From assembly GCA_030587475.2 (NCBI GenBank), contig JAUQYZ020000028.1:1-13240 (forward strand): 13,240 nucleotides of DNA, in the 5' to 3' direction. Positions 1 through 7,630 of the stretch are shown piece after piece; position 1 is the first letter of the stretch; each line of letters begins with the position of its first letter. Under the pieces are notes generated by a model that was not told the origin of the DNA, made no database searches, and worked only from the letters and a program-made list of their open reading frames with translations. Made by a program: the position numbers and the translations under genes. Source of the DNA: Candidatus Sigynarchaeum calidifontis. Its GTDB lineage: Archaea; Asgardarchaeota; Lokiarchaeia; Sigyniarchaeales; Sigyniarchaeaceae.

Positions 1-235
1 CGAACTGGTCGAATTCGCCACGGGAGATCTTGATCTCCTTGCCGGGTTGGCTCACGATCTCCTGAACGCGGCTTTGCAACTGCGAGGACTTTGCAAGCAC
101 ATCGCCGATCACGGGGTAGAGGACATCCCAGCGAGTGATAACCGTGGATCTGACGTGTGGTTCCTTCATTCCAAGGCGACGAGGTTTCTGGTACCGCTCG
201 ATGATGCCGAAGGGAATCAAGTTTACCTTGTCCAT
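1..235 (-). CDS. Hypothetical protein, N-terminal part only (runs off the left edge of the window)
   Basis: Manual translation from ATG at 235 is open to base 1: MDKVNLIPFGIIERYQKPRRLGMKEPHVRSTVITRWDVLYPVIGDVLAKSSQLQSRVQEIVSQPGKEIKISRGEFDQF. It starts 46 bp after the proA stop on the same strand, has a G-rich GTGGGG just upstream, and uses codons like its neighbours (ATC/AAG/GAG). No recognisable motif. Confidence 0.7.
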   Translation of the reverse strand, partial: MDKVNLIPFGIIERYQKPRRLGMKEPHVRSTVITRWDVLYPVIGDVLAKSSQLQSRVQEIVSQPGKEIKISRGEFDQF

Positions 236-281
236 TGTCCCCACGTCAGATGGAACGGATGATGCAAGCTAACGTGGCCGC

Positions 282-1544
282 TCATTTTCGGATCTGGCCT
301 TCCCCGAGCACGATGAACTTGGTCGTCGTGAGCTCTGGCACGCTCATCGGCCCGCGAGCATGCAATTTTTGCGTCGATATGCCGATCTCCGCGCCCATGC
401 CATATTCCCCGCCGTCGGTGAATCTGGTAGACGCGTTCCAATTCACTGCAGCGGAATCCACGGCGGTCAGGAACTTCATCGCCCGCGAATAATCCCGCGT
501 GATAATCGCATCCGTGTGGTGCGAGCTGTACTTGTTGATGTGTTCGATAGCATCGTCAATGCCGTCCACGACGATGATGCCCAGGCGCATATCGAGGAAT
601 TCGGTGGAGAGATCCGATTCCGACAGCGATTTCGCTCCCGGGACCAAGCCTTTCGCGCTATCGTGAACGAGTATCTCGACATTCGCACCTAGAAGGGCTG
701 GAACGGAGATCGCAAGGAATTTCTCGGCAATCGCGCGATGCAAGATAACCTTTTTCGTGGCGTTGCACACTGAAGGTCGCTGGACTTTTCCGTTGTAGAC
801 GATGGCTGCGGCCATGTCGAGATCGGCAAGATCATCTACATACACGTGGCAATTGCCGGCGCCGGTCTCAATGACCGGAACGCGTGCCATGCCCACGACT
901 TTTTCGATGAATTCCGCCCCGCCACGTGGAATGAGCAGGTCGATGCAATCGCGTGCTGTCAAGAGCACGTCGACCGCCTCGCGATCGGTGGTTGAAACGA
1001 ACTGGATGCCACCTTTCGGAAAGCCTTCTTTTTCCGCTGCCGTGGCGATGATCTCGGCCAGTTTCTTGCTCGAGTTGAAGGCCTCGGACCCGCATCGCAA
1101 GATGATGGTATTGCCTGACTTGATGCAGATACCCGCCGCGTCGACGGTCACGTTCGGCCTCGCCTCGTAGATGATGGCGATGCAACCGATGGGGACGACC
1201 ATCCGCCCGACGCGCAAACCATTGGGTCGCGTTTTCACGTCCTTGATCTGGCCCAGTTGATCAGGTAATCCCGCAACTCCCTTCAATCCATCGATCATTG
1301 CATCGATGCGTGCATCGTTGAGCAACAACCGGTCTATCAACGCTGGCGAGAGCCCGTTTGCTTTCCCCGCTTGAACGTCCATCGCGTTCGCTTCCTTGAT
1401 ATCCTTCCTGAACGCGTCGATCGCCGACGCCATGGCGTGCAATACGCGAACGCGCGTTCCCTCGCTCAAGAGTGCTGCTTTCAGCGATGCAACCTTTGCT
1501 TGCCGCGCTTGCTGCAGCACTGCTTCGCGTGTTGATGTCGTCAT
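282..1544 (-). CDS. proA: Gamma-glutamyl phosphate reductase (glutamate-5-semialdehyde dehydrogenase)
   Basis: ProA motifs LIDRLLL, VPIGCIAIIYEARPNVTVD, KSGN..ILRCGSEA, DLLIPRGG, ETGAGNCHVYVD, catalytic RPSVCNA, HTDAI and NASTRFTDGGEYGMGAEIGISTQKLHARGPM. GGTGA SD-like sequence at 1555-1559 (minus strand). Confidence 0.97.
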   Translation of the reverse strand: MTTSTREAVLQQARQAKVASLKAALLSEGTRVRVLHAMASAIDAFRKDIKEANAMDVQAGKANGLSPALIDRLLLNDARIDAMIDGLKGVAGLPDQLGQIKDVKTRPNGLRVGRMVVPIGCIAIIYEARPNVTVDAAGICIKSGNTIILRCGSEAFNSSKKLAEIIATAAEKEGFPKGGIQFVSTTDREAVDVLLTARDCIDLLIPRGGAEFIEKVVGMARVPVIETGAGNCHVYVDDLADLDMAAAIVYNGKVQRPSVCNATKKVILHRAIAEKFLAISVPALLGANVEILVHDSAKGLVPGAKSLSESDLSTEFLDMRLGIIVVDGIDDAIEHINKYSSHHTDAIITRDYSRAMKFLTAVDSAAVNWNASTRFTDGGEYGMGAEIGISTQKLHARGPMSVPELTTTKFIVLGEGQIRK

Positions 1545-1578
1545 CCTTGATGCTTCACCGGTCTGGTGTTGGGTTGGA

Positions 1579-2742
1579 TTACAAGGTGCACGGGTACTCG
1601 TCTGTGACTTCGACTTTATCCTTAAGAACCGCCACGTTGCGCTCGAATCGGAGTGCGCCCATGTCCTTCATGTACAGCCCAGGCTCCACCGAGCAATAGT
1701 GGCCGGCTTGAAACAAAAATTTCTCGTCGACGCTTCCGTGCATTATGGGCACCTTCTCGTGTAGCTTCACGCCGATCCCGTGGCCGAGGAATGGCGTGTG
1801 ATGCTGTCCCTGGTGCTTGTCGACGATGGCTCGCCGGGAAGCCTCGTAGGCACCGCGCCACGATTTCCCCGGGCGCATGACCTGGAACGCTGCTTCGATA
1901 GCAGCGTTCACCGCGTCCTCTTGATCTTTTTGAGCCGGGGTCGGGTTTCGGCCGCAAACCCACGTGCGAGTCAGGTCTGACCACCAGCCGTTCACTTGCG
2001 TGTTCAGCTCGAGCATGACGTATTCCCCGTGCTTGCACCGATAGGCCGTGCTGATGTTGTAGGGACGACTCGCCTTGATGCCGTTCGGTCCTGCCATAAC
2101 GAACGCGTAGGCTCGAATGAAGTCGACCGCATCGTTTTCCTTGATGGCATCCATGATTGCTTTCTCGCAAGCCGTGGCGATTTCCATTTCGGAAATGCCG
2201 GTCGCGTGGATGAGCTCGGCGGCGGCATCCAGGCCATAATAATTCATCTCGTTCACGAGGGCTAATTGCTTGAGATCGCTGGCCGTTTTTACTTCCCGCA
2301 TCTCGTCGATGACAGGCGTTGCATCGATGATGGTGCAGTCCGGGAAAGCGCGGGCGACCGAGTCAAAGCTGGGCTTGTTGGGGAACGCGACCTCGTACCC
2401 GAGATGGGAGCTGGCAAGTCCTTCCTTCGTGATTTCCAGCCCGATGCGTGCTCCTCGCTTGATGTCGAGATTTTTCAAGAGCAACTCGATCCCGGCAACG
2501 CTCGTGTCACTATACGGCCTTATATCTTTGATCGTGGCACGTCTGGTGAAATCCATCTCGGAATCCGGGAGAAACAAGATGGGATCCTTGTCTCTATAAA
2601 TGATCGCAACGCCCCATCCAGTGATGGGCCAGACATTGGTGAAATACAAGACGTTCTCGGTGTACCGGCTGATGATGACGTCCAGGTCTGCCTTTTGCAT
2701 GATTTCCTTGACACGTCTTGCTTTTTCCGCGTCTTGTGCCAT
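1579..2742 (-). CDS. M24 family (Xaa-Pro peptidase/creatinase fold) metallo-hydrolase, divergent active site
   Basis: Creatinase_N-like start (ENVLYFT), R.VKT..D/E linker, SDLTRT, GHGIG..LHE, SVEPGLY and LRFE motifs. Predicted metal ligands are E245, D256, H321, E353 and E367. Confidence 0.9.
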   Translation of the reverse strand: MAQDAEKARRVKEIMQKADLDVIISRYTENVLYFTNVWPITGWGVAIIYRDKDPILFLPDSEMDFTRRATIKDIRPYSDTSVAGIELLLKNLDIKRGARIGLEITKEGLASSHLGYEVAFPNKPSFDSVARAFPDCTIIDATPVIDEMREVKTASDLKQLALVNEMNYYGLDAAAELIHATGISEMEIATACEKAIMDAIKENDAVDFIRAYAFVMAGPNGIKASRPYNISTAYRCKHGEYVMLELNTQVNGWWSDLTRTWVCGRNPTPAQKDQEDAVNAAIEAAFQVMRPGKSWRGAYEASRRAIVDKHQGQHHTPFLGHGIGVKLHEKVPIMHGSVDEKFLFQAGHYCSVEPGLYMKDMGALRFERNVAVLKDKVEVTDEYPCTL

Positions 2743-2790
2743 GGATGCCTACCACTTGAGATTACTTGGATGAAAATGGGTGTTCGTCGG

Positions 2791-2805
2791 AATAAAACGT
2801 TTATG
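2791..2805. promoter_or_regulatory. Back-to-back TATA-like boxes of the divergent M24/MDR promoter
   Basis: AATAAAACGTTTATG gives TTTAT on + (2800-2804) and TTTTATT on - (2797-2791), each about 50-60 bp from its start codon. Confidence 0.55.
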
Positions 2806-2860
2806 TAGCCCGTGATTATCCATTCGTGATCTGCATTCGCTTCATGAACCATGGTGCGAC

Positions 2861-4072
2861 ATGATGAGCGCGAAGAAACCCCTTAAAGGTCCCGCAAAAC
2901 CCAGGATCTCCCCGCCCCCGGCTCCAGTGAAGGTCGAAAAAACACGCGGCTTGTTCTTGCTCGAGCCAGGCAAGCTCGAGCTGAAGGAATTCGACGTCGA
3001 GGAACTCTTCGGACACCCGCCGAGGTCCGACATGTGCCTGGTGAAGACCGCCGCTTGTGGCATATGCGGTTCGGACGTTTCCTATTACAAGGGGCGAAAT
3101 CCCTGGTCCTTGCACACGCTCGGCATCAACATCCCGAGCGATCCGAACATGGTGCTCGGCCACGAGATCACGGGCATCATCGCGGACACCCGCGGTGCCA
3201 CGAGCGAGAAACGCAAGGGAGAGCGAGTCGGCATCATCGCCTACAAGGAATGTGGCGAGTGCATCGATTGCCTCGAAGGCAACTACAACCTGTGCTCGCA
3301 TTGCGACCACATCGGCCACGGCGAGACGCTGCCCGACGGCACCAAGAACTCGTGGTACAACCACAAGATCGTCCCTGGCGGGTTTTCAGACTACTTCACT
3401 TGCTGGCACGAGAAACTCGTGAAACTCCCCGAGAGCGTGGACATGAAAGAGGCGACGCAGCTCGATGGCCTCGCCGTGTCCGTTCATGGCTGCAACCGCG
3501 TCGGCATCAAGAAGGGTGGCTCGGTGCTCGTCCTCGGAACCGGGCCGATCGGGTTCATGAGCGCGCAGGTCGCTGCTGCCTACGGGGCGGCGCACGTGGT
3601 GGTCACCGACGTGTTCGACAAGCCCTTCGAGGTGTTGGAAAGGATCGCGAAGGGCTGGAGTGGCTGCCAGCTGCACTGCATCAACGTGCGGAAGGAAGAC
3701 CCCGTCAAGACTTGCATGGCCCTCACCAATAACCTTGGCGTCGATGCCGTCCTCGACACGATCGGCGACAAGACGACCGTCATCCCCGGCATCAAGTCAC
3801 TACGCCGGGGACGCACCATGCTCATGTACTCGGGCTTCGAGGACACGATAGAGTTTCCCTTGACGTGGGTATCTGGGGAGCGCATCTTGACATCGTCATG
3901 CAACAACCCCTTCCCGGATTACCCCGCGGCCATCGATTTGCTCGCTACCGGTAAGGTCCAGATCAAGCCCATGATCACGCACACGTTCCGGCTCGAGCAA
4001 TATCAAGAAGCATTTGATGTTGCCATCAACAAGGAGGCACATGACTCGATCAAGGTCGTCATCGTTCCTTGA
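2861..4072 (+). CDS. Zinc-dependent medium-chain dehydrogenase/reductase (sorbitol/threonine dehydrogenase-like), probably NAD-preferring
   Basis: Catalytic Zn motifs ACGICGSD and LGHE, structural Zn CGECIDC...NLC, Rossmann GTGPIG with acidic TD after beta2, and C-terminal MITHTF.L....EAF / IKVVI. The start could be 2861 or 2864. Confidence 0.92.
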   Translation: MMSAKKPLKGPAKPRISPPPAPVKVEKTRGLFLLEPGKLELKEFDVEELFGHPPRSDMCLVKTAACGICGSDVSYYKGRNPWSLHTLGINIPSDPNMVLGHEITGIIADTRGATSEKRKGERVGIIAYKECGECIDCLEGNYNLCSHCDHIGHGETLPDGTKNSWYNHKIVPGGFSDYFTCWHEKLVKLPESVDMKEATQLDGLAVSVHGCNRVGIKKGGSVLVLGTGPIGFMSAQVAAAYGAAHVVVTDVFDKPFEVLERIAKGWSGCQLHCINVRKEDPVKTCMALTNNLGVDAVLDTIGDKTTVIPGIKSLRRGRTMLMYSGFEDTIEFPLTWVSGERILTSSCNNPFPDYPAAIDLLATGKVQIKPMITHTFRLEQYQEAFDVAINKEAHDSIKVVIVP

Positions 4073-4244
4073 TGCATTCCAGAAACCAATAATCGACCTA
4101 CGCTGGTTGCTTCTTGATTTTACTTGAACCGACGAGCATTCATGCTTATATCCTTGAATTCGAAGTTAGAATATAGAGTCATAAGTTCTACATCATGACT
4201 ATCGATCATCAAAACATGGTATACAAACGAGAAGGAGAATGAAC

Positions 4245-4892
4245 ATGTCGAATCAACCCCAAGACACGGAAACCCTTTTCACGAAGAAAATGCCCCTGGC
4301 AATCGTTATCATGGTATTCGCCGTGGTCAACATCGTGGTTCTCGGGATCATGATCGGTGCCCACCATGGTTACCCACTTCCCCTCTTCTATGCATACAAC
4401 GTTCCCTTGATTGTTTATGCCGTGACTCACCTGGTGTTCACGATCATTGGAAAGAACAAGGGGAAAGAAAACCAGATAATGGCCTTCGTCTTCGGGATCA
4501 TCACGCTTGGCCTCTGTGCAATCATGGTCATCGATCGCCTTACGAAAATCGCATCCATGATAGACGAAATCTACGATGCCGTGTTGTTGATCCCCTCCTG
4601 GCCAATATACGTCGTCGACGTGATAATGCGCAGCGCGTCGCTCGCATTCATTGTCTTGATAACCGTGTTCTCGATCTTGTCGATCGTGAACAGCGTCAAC
4701 ATCATCAAGGAGAACGTGCCATCAAAATCAGCGACGACAAGCACTGCCGGTGTTGCTGCGCCCGTGCAACCAGCAACGACCACGCCACCACCTGCATCCG
4801 CGGGCGCGAGGGCGCAGTTCTGCTCGTCATGTGGTGCTGCGCTTGATGCGAACGCGGTGTTTTGCAACAAGTGTGGCGCGAAGGTCCAGTAG
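4245..4892 (+). CDS. Membrane protein (about 4 TM) with Thr/Ala/Pro-rich linker and C-terminal zinc ribbon
   Basis: Four hydrophobic segments, the low-complexity linker SATTSTAGVAAPVQPATTTPPPAS, then FCSSCG-x8-FCNKCG. AGGAG at 4233-4237 favours ATG 4245 over 4239. Confidence 0.85.
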   Translation: MSNQPQDTETLFTKKMPLAIVIMVFAVVNIVVLGIMIGAHHGYPLPLFYAYNVPLIVYAVTHLVFTIIGKNKGKENQIMAFVFGIITLGLCAIMVIDRLTKIASMIDEIYDAVLLIPSWPIYVVDVIMRSASLAFIVLITVFSILSIVNSVNIIKENVPSKSATTSTAGVAAPVQPATTTPPPASAGARAQFCSSCGAALDANAVFCNKCGAKVQ

Positions 4893-4906
4893 TGCCTGTA
4901 TTCCTA

Positions 4907-4918
4907 TCTTTTTTCTTA
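4907..4918 (+). terminator. Oligo-T archaeal-type terminator (putative)
   Basis: T-rich tract (TCTTTTTTCTT) about 15 bp after the stop at 4892, between convergent genes. Confidence 0.45.
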
Positions 4919-4971
4919 TACAACAAGGTCTAGAAGGCTAGATAAATCCGGGGCGCGGCAATTGCATACCA

Positions 4972-5331
4972 TCATTCGTCCTGGTGGCGATCCACGGCCG
5001 CACGTGCCTTGCGGTGGATGACTTCCTTCATCTTTTGCTCGAGATCTTGCTCGATCTGGAAAAGGGCAGCGAATTCCTGGCCAAAGGTCGCGTGTGACTT
5101 GAGCTGGCTCTTGATCGCGGCGAAGTATTGCTCCAGCATCGAGACTTCCCACTCCTTCATGGTCGAAAACTTCGTACCGACGTGCTTGCACGTGATCCAG
5201 ATCAAGTATTCGAGCAGGTACTTGCGATCGTCTCCAAACTCCTCGAACGCGTCGAGCAGCTGGACGGGGATGCGATTGTTGTACTGCCCGCGCTTTAGCT
5301 TGAAGGATAACGAATCCTCGGGATCTGTCAT
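4972..5331 (-). CDS. Hypothetical, predicted alpha-helical protein (119 aa)
   Basis: Fills the gap between neighbouring genes, has host-like codon usage and a charged amphipathic helical composition. No motif recognised. Confidence 0.75.
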   Translation of the reverse strand: MTDPEDSLSFKLKRGQYNNRIPVQLLDAFEEFGDDRKYLLEYLIWITCKHVGTKFSTMKEWEVSMLEQYFAAIKSQLKSHATFGQEFAALFQIEQDLEQKMKEVIHRKARAAVDRHQDE

Positions 5332-5437
5332 GGTATCTCGGTGTTATACTGATTTGCAAGGTACATATCTTCTTGTATCACCGGGAACATACGATGGGAT
5401 GGTGGTGGCGGTTCAGCGCTCGTGCCACGACCGCCAA

Positions 5438-6223
5438 TCATCCTTTCAGAATGGAGATTTCCTTCAAGACGAAGTAGTCCTCGCCGGGCGCGTTGATCGT
5501 GATGCCGCTCACGAGGGCATACCTGTTCTCGCACTTGTTCTTGGACAAGAAGGCATCGAGCATTCTCTTGAGCGATTTCTTGACGAGATCGTGGTTGATC
5601 TTTGCCAGCTCGATTACTTGCTTGTTCTCATCCTCGTTCTTGATGATGATGTCCAGCTCGCTTTTATACTGCTTAGCGAGCTCGCAAAACACGATCTGGC
5701 GCGCGATGTCGAGCGGGTCATCCAGATCGAGCTCGAGACTGCTACAAGTTTTTGCTTTTTTCAATGCATTCAAGAAACCCATCATCGCCCCGCAGCAAGG
5801 GGTCTCGTGTTCTTGACCCGGGCGCACGACATTCCCGTATGTCGGCCTGGTACCAGGCACGATGCCCACGTGCGGGCTGGCAAAAAAGATCACGTCGCCC
5901 TCGATGCAAGCCCCCTTAACGTGCCTTTCCGGAGCGTGATGCGATGCGGCGGCGATCCCGGTAACCCCACCGATCGGATATGCTGCCAGCGTACCCATGT
6001 GGAAGTCTCCATCGTACGCGCTCGCCATCGCACCCTCGATCGTCCGTCGCTCGCGTAACCGGTTGATCTCGTCAGGGCACACCGAGAACACGACGCGGCT
6101 ACTCCCGGCAGTGAAGCCCTTGGCACCAAGATCCGACTTGACCTGCTTGATGAGACCATCAACGTCGTGCACCTTTCCCCAGTCGCCGAAATCTGCTTGC
6201 AGCAGCGCGATGACACGATCCAT
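5438..6223 (-). CDS. LCIB/LCIC-family (theta-class, beta-like fold) carbonic anhydrase
   Basis: Family motifs in the expected order: GFT...SVC49PD51E52IN, F.MG.LA.YP.GGVTG..A..H95H96AP, IFFASPH118VG, G.V.RPGQ, CC144GA and C-terminal YALVSGI.I. The Cys/His/Cys Zn triad (C49, H118, C144) is intact. Recognised from memory of the Chlamydomonas LCIB and diatom theta-CA consensus. Confidence 0.88.
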   Translation of the reverse strand: MDRVIALLQADFGDWGKVHDVDGLIKQVKSDLGAKGFTAGSSRVVFSVCPDEINRLRERRTIEGAMASAYDGDFHMGTLAAYPIGGVTGIAAASHHAPERHVKGACIEGDVIFFASPHVGIVPGTRPTYGNVVRPGQEHETPCCGAMMGFLNALKKAKTCSSLELDLDDPLDIARQIVFCELAKQYKSELDIIIKNEDENKQVIELAKINHDLVKKSLKRMLDAFLSKNKCENRYALVSGITINAPGEDYFVLKEISILKG

Positions 6224-6257
6224 AAAACACTGCCTCTCGCGTTGTTAAGCCGAGCAC

Positions 6258-6297
6258 ACGTTTAAAACTTGCGGCGGTCTTTCTGCAGCTTTTTATG
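6258..6297. promoter_or_regulatory. Divergent promoter region (CA / dapL) with TATA-like boxes
   Basis: TTTAAAA at 6261-6267 (TTTTAAA on -, about 38 bp upstream of the CA ATG). TTTTTATG at 6290-6297, about 25 bp upstream of the dapL ATG at 6320, which fits a leaderless mRNA. Confidence 0.55.
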
Positions 6298-6319
6298 AAA
6301 AAAAAACTTGGTAAATGTC

Positions 6320-7558
6320 ATGGCTCGAGTGAATGACAATTACTTGAAGCTGCAGAGCAGGTATCTCTTCTCCGAGATAGGCAAGCGCACGAAGGACTTC
6401 GCGGAGAAGCATCCAAAGGCTCCGATCATCAAGCTCGGCATTGGTGACACGACTCGGCCCCTCCCGCCCGCGATCATCAAGGCGTTCCACGATGCAGTGG
6501 ACGAGATGGCCGCGACCGAGACATACAAGGGATACGGGCCTGAACAAGGTTATGATTTTCTCCGAGAGGCGATCGCGAAAAACGATTTCGTGGCGAGGGG
6601 CGCGGACATCACGCCCGACGAGATATTCATCTCCGACGGTTCAAAATGCGACACGGGTAACATCCTCGAGATCTTCGGCCCCAACAAGATAGCCATCAGC
6701 GACCCGTCCTACCCGGTCTATGTCGACACGAACGTGATGGCCGGGAACACGGGGCCGATCATGGAAAACGGTCAATACGAGGGGCTCGTGTACTTGCCTT
6801 GCAAGCCGGATGATGATTGGTCTCCCCCACTCCCGAAAGAACACGTGGACTTGATCTACCTGGTGTCGCCGAACAACCCGACGGGCACCGCCATCCGCAA
6901 GCAACAGCTCGAAGCTTGGGTGAACTACGCGCTGGACAACAAGGCAATCATCTTTTTCGATGCCGCGTACGAGCGTTATGTCACGGACAAGGACGTGCCC
7001 CGGTCGATCTACGAGATCAAGGGGGCAAGAGAATGCGCGATAGAGTTTCGCAGCTTCTCGAAGACCGCGGGGTTCACGGGGGTGCGCTGCGCGTTCGCGG
7101 TCATCCCACGGTCCTTGAAAGGCTACGACGGCAAGGGCAATCCCGTCGCCATTCACGACCTTTGGAATCGCCGGCACACGACCAAGTTCAACGGCGTTTC
7201 CTATCCCGTCCAGAAAGCAGCTGCCGCGGTGTACTCGGCCGATGGTGCAAGGCAAGTCGACGAGATCATTGCCTATTACAAGCAAAACGCGGCGCTGATC
7301 CGCGATAGCTTCGCCAAGGCCGGGTTCGCTTGTTATGGGGGCGTCAACTCGCCATACGTCTGGATAAAGACCCCGGGCAAGCTCAGCTCGTGGGATTTCT
7401 TCGACGTCATGCTATCCAAGCTCAACATCGTGGGCACGCCAGGATCGGGGTTCGGCCCGAGCGGCGAGGGATATTTCCGCTTCACTGGTTTCAACACGCG
7501 AGAAAAAACGAAAGAGGCCGTCGACCGCATCGCCCAATTCAACTGGAGCGCTTTGTAG
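6320..7558 (+). CDS. dapL: LL-diaminopimelate aminotransferase
   Basis: DapL motifs [50 protein letters not shown]-lysine [25 protein letters not shown] and [18 protein letters not shown] 6320 is preferred over TTG 6308. Confidence 0.95.
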   Translation: MARVNDNYLKLQSRYLFSEIGKRTKDFAEKHPKAPIIKLGIGDTTRPLPPAIIKAFHDAVDEMAATETYKGYGPEQGYDFLREAIAKNDFVARGADITPDEIFISDGSKCDTGNILEIFGPNKIAISDPSYPVYVDTNVMAGNTGPIMENGQYEGLVYLPCKPDDDWSPPLPKEHVDLIYLVSPNNPTGTAIRKQQLEAWVNYALDNKAIIFFDAAYERYVTDKDVPRSIYEIKGARECAIEFRSFSKTAGFTGVRCAFAVIPRSLKGYDGKGNPVAIHDLWNRRHTTKFNGVSYPVQKAAAAVYSADGARQVDEIIAYYKQNAALIRDSFAKAGFACYGGVNSPYVWIKTPGKLSSWDFFDVMLSKLNIVGTPGSGFGPSGEGYFRFTGFNTREKTKEAVDRIAQFNWSAL

Positions 7559-7560
7559 GC

Positions 7561-7585
7561 TCTTTTCCATGCTTTTTTACTTCTT
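7561..7585 (+). terminator. Oligo-T terminator after dapL (putative)
   Basis: T-rich tracts immediately after the TAG at 7556-7558. Confidence 0.5.
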
Positions 7586-7630
7586 GATCATGCCAGCGCG
7601 TGTTTCTTGGCTTTTTCCTGGACAGCATCT

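Noticed and set aside
148-251. 10-bp inverted repeat ATCTGACGTG / CACGTCAGAT
   Set aside because: One arm lies in coding sequence, the spacer is long, and there is no target-site duplication or transposase. Probably chance.
47-262. 71-aa plus-strand ORF from the track
   Set aside because: Antisense to the more plausible minus-strand gene at 1-235 that continues the proA operon.
282-5440. Possible selenocysteine readthrough at the TGA stops of proA, the MDR gene and the CA
   Set aside because: Each protein is complete at its TGA, readthrough meets another stop within about 20 codons, and no TGA aligns to a catalytic Cys.
5009-6058. 349-aa plus-strand ORF
   Set aside because: Antisense shadow spanning two better-supported minus-strand genes. 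It has no motifs, and such ORFs are expected from GC3-biased codon usage.
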